Part shown: positions 1 through 11,279 of the stretch, one piece after another
How positions within the stretch are numbered: the first letter of the stretch is position 1
Layout: every line of letters starts with the position of its first letter
From: Chlorokybus atmophyticus
Taxonomy: Eukaryota; Plantae; Mesostigma and Chlorokybus algae
Assembly: GCA_009103225.1 (NCBI GenBank)
Contig: RHPI01003369.1
Coordinates: 1,578,017 to 1,642,016, forward strand
Length of the DNA: 64,000 nt
Direction: 5' to 3'
Notes under the pieces: generated by a model
What the model was told of the DNA's origin: nothing
Seen by the model: the letters and a program-made list of their open reading frames with translations, nothing else
Databases searched by the model: none
Made by a program: the position numbers and the translations under genes

Positions 1-13
1 ATCCATTGTGTAT

Positions 14-2270
14 CTATTCCATAACAACATCTGTGCCTGTGTCCTCCGCAACGGACGGTAACTTTTTGTCACCAGCTGCAGCAGCTTCCACGTGCATCTT
101 CAATTCTAGAAACAGCGTCTGGGTTTCGCTGTTTGATGCAGCACCAGCCTTAAGTAGCAACTGCACAGATTGTGTCACTCAACTGTGGCGGTGACGACTC
201 AGACGAATGGAGCATTGCACCCGCCCATGCAATACTACCTCACCTGCTGCCCTGTCTCAATACACTCGAAGGCCTGCTCCCATTGCGAAAGTGCAGAATG
301 CGCAAGCGCCAGGAGATACCAAACTGATGAGCAAAAACCAAGTCAGAAAGAGAAGGCAACTGAGATCCATCCCGCGTGTAGCAATCTCATCAAGTAGATG
401 GGGTGAAGACTATTAGCTCACGGATACCATCAGAGGCGTTGTCGAATTCCTCCAACAAACGCTCGAGTACTTCAACAGCTTTTTCGAACTCCTGAAAATC
501 AACCAGAAGTTTCGCAGCCTCATACCGAAACTCGTATGATGGGGGCTCTCTTGATGGGTCTGGGTCTGTCAAACCATAATGCATGCTCAGCGACAGAAAC
601 AACCTATACGCAAAGCAATGTTTCTATACGCTGTCGCATACCATCCAGCCTCCATAGATGCATGGACTGCATCAGCAGCGCATGAGCCTCGTCAGCGCGG
701 TCTTGCTCGATGCGCACACATACAAGTGCCTGCAACGGTTCAGGGCTTTCCGCATCAACAACCCTTGCGCGTTGTAGAAGCGCCTCACACTCGGAGAAAC
801 AAGAGTCTAGCTCGGCCTGTTCTGCACTTTCGTCGCTGCTGCAAGGGCCACGAACGGTGTCATGACCTCGATTCATGGCGAAGGCATCAACAACAGCGAC
901 GAACAACGAACAGCATGTTGCACAACTGCTGTTCATGCTTGCCCACAGTGACATGGACCCAACCTTACGCGCGAAAGGTGAAGCTCTGCAAGGGAACACA
1001 AGCCACCTGCCAGTTGCTGGCTCAATATGGGAAATGCTTCATCGTTTGCCTGTGCAGTGGTGAGGCCAGCAATCAAAGCCAGAAAGGTAATCCAGTGAGC
1101 ACGCATGCACAAACGCGCGCGCCCATACACACGCCCTCCCCACCCACCCCAAAACACACCACCACCAACACCACCCACACATAACGCGGCAACATGCATA
1201 CGTGGCTTGCCAGTGAATGTCTGCCTGTACTATAAACGCCCACTTTCATGCTTTGCAACGATACACGCTTACCAGCTCAGCAGCTGTCCTCTCTCGATGC
1301 ACAATGTCAATGCCTTTACGCACGCACTCCTCCGCTCCTTGCCCATTCAGCAACTGTCCCAAGTACCTGTGCAACGCAGCAATGAATCTGCATACTCAGC
1401 ATAGCAATTGATAAGGTGTGCGCACAATCGTATAACAAGGCTGCAACTCACATGTACTTCTCGAACCCTTCGTCAGGTTGCAGTGACACTGCAACCTGCA
1501 AGACCTGCAATTGCCAACTGTCAGCGGCAGACATTGCAGATTTCTGAACTAGCAACCAGGCTGCACAGGCAATGGATGCAGTGACTGTGGTTGGTTGATG
1601 GCTTCAACAACTATTTGAGCGCTGCAAGAAAAACTATGTCGGTCACAAACTGGTGCAGCACATCACTGAACTTCGCTTACATGCACCGTTTGATACTACT
1701 CACAGAACAGTACGAGGTCGAGCTGCATGTGTTACATAAGTCATCGCAGGTGCACATTATTGTTACGTGTGTTGTACATTATCACCAGTGACTGTTGAAA
1801 AAGCTAGGTTTGTGCAGGACTGTCTGTAAGTGTCTCTCTGTCAGTGTGCCTGCATGCTGCCATGCAAGGTGGTTCACAAAAGGTGCTGTGACGCCAGAAT
1901 AGACCGAATTGCCTTCAACGTGTTCAATGTACTGCATACCTCCGCAGGCATGCCAAAGTAATAAGCTAACATACGTGTGTGCGAATGCAAGTCGACTTGG
2001 CAAGGAGACACACACCTGAACCGCCTCTTGGGCATCGCCCGTCTCCGCAAGCAGCGCACCGAGGGTGTCGGCGACGGTGGCGTCGTCAGGAGCTAGCGCT
2101 GCGGCCTGCCGCAGCGCAGCCAGCGCCGCCTCGTGCTCGCCCCTGGCGGCGTCCTCCTCGGCGGCGCTCATCAGCGCCGCAACCTGCTGCTGAGCCTCGT
2201 TACCTCCTCCCACCCTGCGCACAGCCTTCTTCTTGGACTTCTTGGTCGGCCTGGGCTTGAACCCCGCCAT
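14..2270 (-). CDS. ACL4: TPR-repeat protein, ACL4-like (assembly chaperone of ribosomal protein L4), multi-exon, complete
   Basis: Spliced exons read MAGFKPRPTKKSKKK...(exon 1, 2270-2016), AVSLQPDEGFEKYM|YLGQLL, LAGGLCSLAELHLSR, CEALLQRARVVDAESPEPLQALVCVRIEQ...SMHLW, PPSYEFRYEAAKLLVDFQEFEKAVEVLERLLEE, WYLLALAH, and a last exon ending VVME-TAG at 14-16. GT-AG junctions at the exons checked; the exon 2 acceptor was not resolved. Motif order matches Acl4-type proteins. Confidence 0.8.
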
Positions 2271-2460
2271 CGCACACGCACACGCGGCTGCCGCCGCCTA
2301 CACCGCCGCCCAGGCTTCAAGCTCAGGTACGGTTTCAGACGTCAGCTATGTCCCCAAGAAGGCGGAGGTGAAGGCGGACGAGGCGGAGCATGTTGGAGAG
2401 GCGGCAGGGGTGGAGGCTGGAGGCTGGGCTGAGTACCACGTGGCGCATGTGGACCGCAGC
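2271..2460. promoter_or_regulatory. Probable bidirectional promoter / shared 5' region
   Basis: 190 bp GC/CpG-rich interval between the minus-strand ATG at 2270 and the plus-strand ATG at 2461. Confidence 0.55.
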
Positions 2461-5400
2461 ATGTTAAGCGGCCTGAAGTTTGTGGCGGATGCCGACGACA
2501 AGGAGAAGACGAGGAAGAAGGAGAGCAAGAAGCATGGGAGGCATGAGCACCAGCGCAGCAGCAAGCACAAGAGCGGCAAGCATGGGTCTGGTGGCGGCGA
2601 TTACCTGGTGCGCAAGAAGAAGCGCAGGCAGGAGTGGAGTGACCCCGAGAGCGACAGTGACGGTGAGAACGACAGAGACAGTGGTCGTCGTCGTGGTAGT
2701 GGTATTGTAGTTACTGCCATCCTCGTTGCCAAGCTTGCACAACTGGTCGCGGTTACTCTGTCGAGCGCAAAGCGTCAAGTACCACTGCATGCTACACTTG
2801 TTCCTTGCACAACTGGTCGCAACATAGTTGTTGTAGTACAAGTGTAAGAACTCTGCAGCTGTTCGCAAAGCCTGACGTCATGTGATAAACTTCAGCGTCT
2901 TTCCCTCAATTAGCTAATCCCATGGGTAGTCATGGTTGTAGTGTATGTCTGTCATGTTGTGTTGCTGGCGTCGCATGCTGCACACACTCGCTTGTGCTTG
3001 TATGCACGGACATGCACAGTTCTGCCAACTTGCTTAGACTCAGACAGGCAGAAGGTAGCTCTTAGTATGCTTGATTGTATGGCAATTCCGCCGTATGCAT
3101 AGTCTGGCAGGACAGTTCCTTGTTATGTGTTCGCTTGCTGAGGGCTGTACACGCATGCACACCAGCATATGTTGGTACATTTAAGGGCATGCACAGGGTA
3201 GACCAGTACGGCGGTTCTCATGTGCTTGCCATTGTTTTGTCCATGGCTGACATGCTTGTTAATGCAGGCTCTGAGGGCATGGAGGAGGGCGACATAGCTG
3301 GGACAAGCACGATACTTCCCGGTGATGAGGCCGACACCGCTGCTGCCGCCGACATACCCAACACGCGCGCGGCTCTTGGGTTGGATTGGATGACCCGCGC
3401 ACCCATCACAAGCAAACAACAGCAGACAACCACTGATGAGGACGACACCAATAAGGGCGCTCAGGATCAAGAGGTGAAGTGGGAGCCAGTCTTTTTTAGG
3501 CATGAGTGTGTGCTGACGAAATATACTGTTACTGTATTGTTACTTTTTGTCAGCAGGTTGCTCCCAAGGCCAGCGCAAGAGAGATGAACCCCTTTTACGC
3601 AAATGGCGGGGACGGCTTGCCACCTGAGCGCAACACTGACAGCACATCGAAGCTGCCTCCTTCTTCCAGCCGGTTTGGTGATGGTGGTGCCAGCTGGCGA
3701 GCTAAAGCGCTGAAGCGCGCTCGTGAACGCGCAGCTGAAGAGGACCGCAATGTCGAAGAGGTGTGTTGAGCTACTTTGTTGTACATTTCAGGAATGCACA
3801 ACACTGTTTTTAACTACTTATACATAATTGACACACGCGCAGGTCGTCTCAGAGAGGTGGGGCCTGTCTGCAGATGCATTGCAGGTATGTAGCTTTTTGA
3901 AGATGTGGAGCGGTTTTGCATGAGTTCTCATATACATGACGCGCCTTTCTGTCATCAGGCCTCAGTACGAAGAGCCGCACCTTCGTATGCGCACCGACTT
4001 GCCATAAGAGAACGCTCCGGAGCAGGCGGGGATAAGCAAAGAGGGCGTGACAACAATGACCAAAGACATGCTGAACGGGCATCTAGACCACCTGAAGCAC
4101 GCAATAGCTCTGCTGGTGACAGGCAACAACACAAAGATGTGCGTGCAAATGTCATTTGGCAACATGCGCTGTATTGATTGTGCGGCCTGCTATTGCTCAT
4201 CATAAGTACTCGCATGCAGAATGAGGATCCTGACGATGAGCGTCGAATGGCTCGAACTGGCCCACGTGACTACCTCAAAGATGTGCGCGGTGAAGCAAAG
4301 CCCACCATGCGCGCGCCCTCCAGAAACACGTCCCTTTCTTGGAAACGATCTACCAGTCGCACTCCACCTCCACTGCAGAAAGAGTCATTGGATGCCCGCA
4401 AATCATCTCCAGAACCCAAACAACTAGAAAAGCAGCCCGATCCTATCAGTACACAACCATCAGACTCGGTGCACATCGTGGAGGAGGCCAATGAGGTTGC
4501 GGAGCCCACTCTTGCAGCTATCGCAGCACGTGAAGAACCGCATCTGGAAGCAGTGAAAGACCAAAAACAGCAGCTGATGGGAAGTGTGAGAGCGCAGGCA
4601 CCCACAGTCGTGCCTGTCCTGAGCGCCAACCAACTCGCCGCCCAGGCCATGCGTGCGAGGCTTAAAGGCAACATTGAAGAAGCCATGCGATTGCAGGTGT
4701 GTATGTGTCTGCATGCGCTTGCATGGATGCTCGCACCAGTGCCTAATATATCTGTTCAGGCACAAGCGGATGCATTGGCAAGAACGGAGGTTGTGCAACT
4801 TCCCTTGTTGGATGCCGGAGGCCGGCAAGCTGTGGAGGTGATGGCCGCGGCAACCGACCCAACCGCAGACAGCGATGGCAAGCAGAAGCGGCTGCAGCGG
4901 TACGATGGAGACGGCAAGCAGCGGTACTATCGTGATGATGACAAAGACCTTGCCACGCTTGTTGCGGAAACCAAGCGCCGTGGTGTAGATGACTACGATG
5001 CCAACCTGGCGGATAGCATTGTAAGTAGCATAACTTTGCTGCTTAAGGTTGCCGTCGTTGTGGTGAGGGTTCATCTGGGACTGTGTATGTAGGCCCGAAG
5101 CGGCAGGAAGTACAAGGGTGTCCTGGATGTGGAGGATGAGTATGAGCATGATGCTGGGCTGGAGGAGCATGAGTCCCGTGAGAAGAAGGGATCCACAAAG
5201 AAGCAGGCGCAGCGCCAGATGGCGCATGCCATCAATGACTACAAGCGGATCACAACTGTACAGGTCAGCAGTGTGGTTCATTTGGCAGTGCTGCTATGGT
5301 AATAATTGCTCTTGCCGTTTAAGGAAGGCTTGCCCTGCTATGTGTCTTGGTAAATTGTTTAAACACGTGCAGTGCCCTTGGTACGCTGTGTTTTTTGCAG

Positions 5401-6728
5401 TGGTGGATGCCGCAACTCAGTGTCAACAGTGTGGCTGCATATGCAAAGATTTGTTCCAATGTGCTTTGTAGGATCGCTGCGCGTACTGCTTCGACAATCC
5501 AAACAGGCGCAAAGACCTGATTGCGGCAATTGGCATCAAGTCGTACCTGATGCTGCCACCTAGAGGGCGCCTGGTCAAGGGTCACTGTTACATCTTGCCC
5601 ACGCAGGTTAGGCACTAAGCAAGCGTACTGCCATGCATGGCACTCCTCCACTCTGCTAGCAGGCATGTTGTGCTGTTGCTCTGGCACAGCAGTGTAGCAG
5701 CACAACGTCTGTCAGCTATGAGTCAGTGCCGGTGTTGGACGCTTCAAACATGGCATGTAGCCGCAGAAAGCAACGATATGGTTGCATTGCATGAAGTGCA
5801 TGCTGCCTTCATGCAATGCAACCATGAAGGCAAGCTCCGCCAGCCGTAACATAGACCTGCGGCAATTCTGATGGCTGCCGTCTGCAGCATGATGTTGCGA
5901 CCAGAAACTTGGATGAAGACGTCTGGGAAGAGATGAGAAATTTCAAGAAGTGTCTTCTGCGCATGTTTGCATCCCAGGGCAAAGAGGCAAGTTTCTTCAT
6001 ACGGCGAGCGTGCGCTGGCATTTTGCATGCAACAGCTGTAGTTTCTCTTGCACGCGATATCAGTTCATATTCTACCATTGCTGCCAGGTGATATTCATAG
6101 AGACAGCGACACAGCTTGCCAAGCAACGACGGCATGCTCTTGTCGAGTGCATACCAATGAGTCCTGGGCTGGTTCGGCAGGCACCACTTTACTTCAAAAA
6201 GGTACCCTTTTCAGCGTGTAGAATAGTGGCCAGAGCTTAGTCTGTGTGGCTTGATATAAACAGACAAGGTTAGTCATTGTACCATGGTAAACCCCGGTTA
6301 ATGGTATGCATCTGTAGGCTTTGGATGAAGCCGAGGATGAGTGGAGTCAGCACAATGCAAAGCGCATCATCGACACCAGGCAGAAGGGCTTGAGGGGTTC
6401 AATTCCCAAAGGGTTTCCGTACTTCCATGTGGAGTTTGGCCTTCAGGGAGGCTATGCTCATGTTATAGATGTGAGTTGGTGGATTTGTTCGGATTCTTTT
6501 AGTTGTGCATCAGACATTAGACACATTGCTTACTTGCTTGGATGTGACTAGGACGAATCCTCCTTCAATTCACATCTTGGTCATGATGTGCTGCGCGGGA
6601 TGCTGGAGTTGCCCGAAGAAGACTCGCACAGGCGGCCCAGGCAGCAGCACCCCGATGAGCAGAAGGAAGAGATGAAGGAGTTCCTGAAGGCCTGGGATCC
6701 TGTGGACTGGACCAAGATGCTGGAATGA
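2461..6728 (+). CDS. CWF19L2: CWF19-like protein 2 (spliceosome-associated, CwfJ C-terminal domains), multi-exon
   Basis: Starts MLSGLKFVAD. Contains REMNPFYANGGDGLPP, GDGGASWRAKALKRARE, CAYCFDNPNRRKDL, SYLMLPPRGRLVKGHCYILPTQH, DEDVWEEMRNFKKCLLRMF, HALVECIP, APLYFKKALDEAEDEWSQH, LRGSIPKGFPYFHVEFG and GYAHVID. Ends WDPVDWTKMLE-TGA at 6726-6728. Confidence 0.9.
5987..6087 (+). other. GC-AG intron in CWF19L2
   Basis: Donor GAG|GCAAGT and acceptor TGCCAG|GTG. Removal joins ...SQGKE to VIFIETATQ... in frame. Confidence 0.75.
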
Positions 6729-7789
6729 TATGATTTGGTGAGCTCACTTTGTAAATAGTCTAGAGCTACCGGCCTTGTGTATCTGGGTAGGCATTGACCA
6801 TTGCAGACCAGAAGCCCCAGGCACAAAAGGCATCAGCTCCCGATGTGGAAGACCTGGAGCGCGGTAAAGTCATTGTTGAGGATGTTGCAGCAGGGTTGAG
6901 AATTCACTACGTTGTACAGGATATGCTCTAGGCAGTTTTGTACATGCATTATGCAGAAGCACATAAGCGTGACAAAATGGCCTTGATACGTGCACACCCT
7001 AGTGTGAGCAGTCATGGCTTTAGCGCGTCGTCTCTGGGACGCTGTCATAAACATGACATGTAGGTTAAATTTGCAGCCCAATGATGCAGCAGGTTGTGAC
7101 GTATAAAGCAAGGTTACACAACTTGTACCTTGTTCCTTTTCTGCTTGCCTTTTGCAAAAGTTAAGAATATGCAACAACACTGGATTGTGTACATGTACAG
7201 TTGGCAGCGTATAGACAGCAATAGAGACAATAATGCATTGATGAGCTGGCCCGGGCCTGTACAGATTGCATCTTTTGAAAACGGAAACACCAACATACCA
7301 TAGACATCAACATAGGGTTATAGGCAGCTGCAGGCATGGGCAGAGGCAACCACAGCTTGCAAGCTTGTGTACTGGGTAGGCAGCTACGCATGCTAGCATG
7401 GCGTTGCATATGCAGTTCGTTGTCTCTTGCTTGTGTACAGGTTACAGCAGACATTGGCTACTGCCCAGCGTTGGTTGTGCCATCGTTGTCTTGTTGTATT
7501 GACTGCCACCATCTGCTTCAGATTGGCTGCAGTGCTGCACAACCGGTCACCACACAGTGCATGGCATAGCATAGTATATTACATACCGCTATGCATGCAT
7601 CAGTGGGCTAGCATGGGAATCATGCCCACAACATGGCAACGTTATGGATAATGGTGTGCCTCGGTGTACCATATGCACCTAAACACATTGATCTAAGGGG
7701 GGCTTGTGCTATTCGTATGGGCACTGTGAATGGGTTTTCCTCTTACATCATGCAGAAGCACAAGCCCCCCCCCGCCGCGGGTGGAAGGT

Positions 7790-7851
7790 NNNNNNNNNNN
7801 NNNNNNNNNNNNNNNNNNNNNNNNNNNNNNNNNNNNNNNNNNNNNNNNNNN
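7790..7851. other. Assembly gap (N run) adjoining a poly-G tract
   Basis: 62 N followed by a G homopolymer. Confidence 0.95.
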
Positions 7852-9142
7852 NGGGGGGGGGGGGGGGCGCTATGTAGTTGAGGCAGTGTGCTTGGGCGAA
7901 TGCGGTAAGTGTTGAACCAATATTATGTGGTCCGATTGTAGAGTGTCAACTGTTGACAAAGTATGTTGCACGAAACACATTGATGGTATTATATATATAT
8001 ATATACACACACTCACACACATGTATATGTGTCTTTATATATGGCGGTAAATCTCCTTACTTGACATGAACATGTCCATGCACAACTCAGCCATTATGAC
8101 GGCTTGTCATAAGAGCTAATGTAAATACACACAACGGCGTAAATGCACGTGTGACTAAAGTTGCTCAAAATTGCACCAGCTTTTTCTTGTAAGTAACAGC
8201 GATGTTTAAAGCGGCAATGGGCTGCTACTCCATTTGCATATGATGCAACGAATACCCTCACTGGTAATGCCACCAACCGCAACATGTAAGTTGTATGCCT
8301 TAAATTATTATTGTGATAAACGTTTAATATTGATGACTGCCTCTAATGGTTTCCTACATTTAACAGATATCGATGATGAACACAGCCGCAATCTTTTCAT
8401 GCGACATGTTACTGGTTTTCCTATGCATAATAGCCGAACTCGTCTCATGTAATGTATTGACAATATTGCTTTTCAAAACCAGATGAATGAATAACTGGCA
8501 TTGCTCGATGCTGTTATGAACCTATACAAGTCCAACACATAAATTGATATGCACATGCTGCTCACGCTGTTGGGCAGCGTGCATAGCCGCTGCATATTGT
8601 GTAGATATATGTACACACACCAAGTATATTGCACTACACATGGCATAAAACCAAAATGTAAGCTTACTACTTAGTTTCATGCTACCGTTCAGTTTGAATT
8701 GAGAACAATGATGGTGTGTGAAGTAGAATTGCATCAAGTGTAAAGGTAAATCAACCATGCTTGCAAAGATAGCATTTTTGCAGCTATGAATAATTGGCAG
8801 TGCCATGATCTGCATCATATGTAGATTCATTGTGACGCAAATACAGAGTTGAGTACTCTTCATTCGTTTACTGCTTGTTACCATAAAAGCCTACATAAGG
8901 TTAAAAGAGCGGGATTCCGATGACGCTGCAAGCCTTGCATTAGGTATACTGAGCGTCCATAAGTGCTTACATTAAGCCTCCGGCATGAATGACAAAGATA
9001 ATGCGCTATATTGCATAAGGCACGCGCATGCTATACATGTATTTATCAACCATGGATGATGATGCAATATTATTAATGCTTGAAAAGCTGTTATGATACG
9101 ATGTTTAAACGCATAAATGCTTGTGCACTTCAATAAGATGTA

Positions 9143-9477
9143 CACGGTGCAATGGAAGTTGCAGCAGCGCACCAACAGAGGAGAGGATGATCACCAGCCT
9201 CTCACACAGCTCCAGCCTTAGGCACACCCACGCCCAACACACCCACATGCACCCACACAACACCCCACCCACAAGGGATGAGGGAGATAGCCCCTTCAAC
9301 AGCTACAACCAGGCATTTCACACACAAGTGGCCTTCAAGTGGTGAACACACTTTGATTTCCATCTAAGGTTGCTATTAGGCCTTTATACCACTTGCTGCT
9401 CTCCCGACCTGGCATAAAGGATGTCCAAGGCTTTGTCACTGTGTGCTGGCCTATCAGCACAAGCTAACCTTGTCCAA
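9143..9477 (-). mobile_element. Inverted fragment of the Gypsy-1 LTR family
   Basis: Reverse complement matches 11625-11920 plus 12755-12800, and 19928-20210 (gcttgtgctgataggtcagcac...gtgggtgtgttgggcgtgggtgtgcct...). Confidence 0.8.
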
Positions 9478-9478
9478 G

Positions 9479-9645
9479 GAGAAGATGTGGTAGTATGTAA
9501 CCTCCGGATAACATATGACGTCAAGGGGTGGGGGGGTTGGTAGATTTTATTCGACCAACTTGCATTATAACATGCGCATATGCAATAACGCATTGCCCCT
9601 TGACGTCCTATGTTACCCGGAGGTTACATACTTCCACATCTTCTC
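9479..9645. mobile_element. MITE-like element, 167 bp with 50 bp TIRs
   Basis: Left GAGAAGATGTGGTAGTATGTAACCTCCGGATAACATATGACGTCAAGGGG versus the reverse complement of the right end GAGAAGATGTGGAAGTATGTAACCTCCGGGTAACATAGGACGTCAAGGGG (3 mismatches). No clear TSD. Confidence 0.7.
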
Positions 9646-11166
9646 TCAGGTAACGTATAATGGCAGGGGGCATACAATTAGACTCCACCAACTTGTATTA
9701 TGACATGAGCCATGCATACATACTTGTGCATTTTATTAAAGTGCACGAGCATGGATGCGTGTAAACCTCGTATCATAATACTTTTCAAGCATCTATAATA
9801 TTGCATCTTTCAAAGATTGGTAAATACATATATAGCATGCGCGTGCCTCATGCAATACAGCGCATTATCTTTGTTGTTCATGCCGGAGGCTTAATGGAAG
9901 CACTTATGGACGCTCAATACACCTGATGCAAGGCTTGCAGCATCAAAATCCCGCTTTCTTAACCTTATGTAGGCTTTATGGTTACAAGCAGTAAACGAAT
10001 CAAGAGTACTCAACTCTGTATTTGCGTCGCAATAAATCTACATGATACAGATCATGGCACTGCCAATTATTCATAGCTGCAAAAATGCTATCTTTGCAAG
10101 CATGCTTAGTTTACCTTTACACTTGATGCAATTCTACTTCACACACCATCATCGTTTTTTATTCAAATTGAACAATTACATGAAACCAAGTAGTAAGCTT
10201 ACACTTGATTTCGTGCCTCGTGTAATGCAATATACTTAATGTGTGTATTTATATCTACACAATATGCAGCAGCTATGCACACGCATCCCAGCAGCGTGAG
10301 CAGCGTGTGCATATTGATTTTTATGTTAAACTTGTGTAGGTCCGTACAAGCATCAAGCGTAAGGTAATCATTCAAGTAAACTATTATTGCTTTTAGTAAA
10401 AGCAATAATGTCAATCCGTCACATCAGACGAGTTCAGCTATTGTGCATAAAAAACAATAATATGTCGCATGTCAACATTGCAGCGATCTTGCGTTTATTA
10501 TTAATCTCTGTCAAATGTATGAAAGCATTGGAGGCAGTCACCGATGCGCATATGCATCACTAATGCGCATATGCACGCATGTTGCTTGTACCATTTGGCG
10601 TTACTCATGCAGAGTTAAGTAAACGCGGTTAATTGCATACTATTAAAGATGCAATGATATAAATTTAAATGTAAATACGATAGGAACTTTGTGAACATTG
10701 TTACGGTACGAGCTCAAACCACAATAATCGTTTGCAACCGTTGATAGAGTTTTATAAAGCTGCGAATTGCATAAACGGGGTTGATACAGTACCGTTATAA
10801 TGCAATTGCGGCTGCGTTAATTAATAACTTGGCAAGAGTGTCAGTCACAATGTACATAAAAGCATGTGGATAACTTTGCATGACATAAATAAATTCACAG
10901 GGCCAAATATAGTATGACCTCCAACAGTTAATTCTCTTTGAGCATTTTGGCAGAAGTTGTGTTTTAATTGATGCATTGAGCGTTAAAGCAACACGTTGGC
11001 TGTAAAAAAAGTATTAATAAAGGCCATTGCGCAAGAAGAGTTCAGAGGCTTCGTTATGGACATGCATATGCATTACGCAAATACGAACAGAGATTACAAG
11101 TTAATGTATACAAGTGTCACGTCTATAAGGCTGGCAAATATCATTCTCTGTCCCTTACTTATGTCC

Positions 11167-11216
11167 CATTTCATTGAATCTCTTCTTATGTAAGTAAGAA
11201 GAGATTCAATGAAATG
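11167..11216. repeat. Perfect 22 bp hairpin with 6 nt loop
   Basis: CATTTCATTGAATCTCTTCTTA-tgtaag-TAAGAAGAGATTCAATGAAATG. Confidence 0.9.
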
Positions 11217-11279
11217 ATTCAACTCATGAGCATGTGTAGTGCTTGTGTGGTGTGCTCTCATGCAGGTCTACTCTTAAGC

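Larger units (their letters stand above)
8330..10525. repeat. Long diverged inverted repeat (fold-back structure), arms ~8330-9146 and ~9727-10525
   Basis: For example gcagtgccatgatctgcatcatatgtaga (~8800) pairs with tctacatgatacagatcatggcactgc (~10040), and taagtgcttacattaagcctccggcatgaa (~8960) with ttcatgccggaggcttaatggaagcactta (~9880). Colinear over ~800 bp, with weak similarity possibly extending further out. Confidence 0.85.

Noticed and set aside
6808-6932. Exon-like stretch after CWF19L2 (DQKPQAQKASAPDVEDLERGKVIVEDVAAGLRIHYVVQDML*) with an upstream CAG acceptor
   Set aside because: CWF19L2 already ends at its conserved terminus, no matching donor or homology was found, and a single short frame is not enough evidence.
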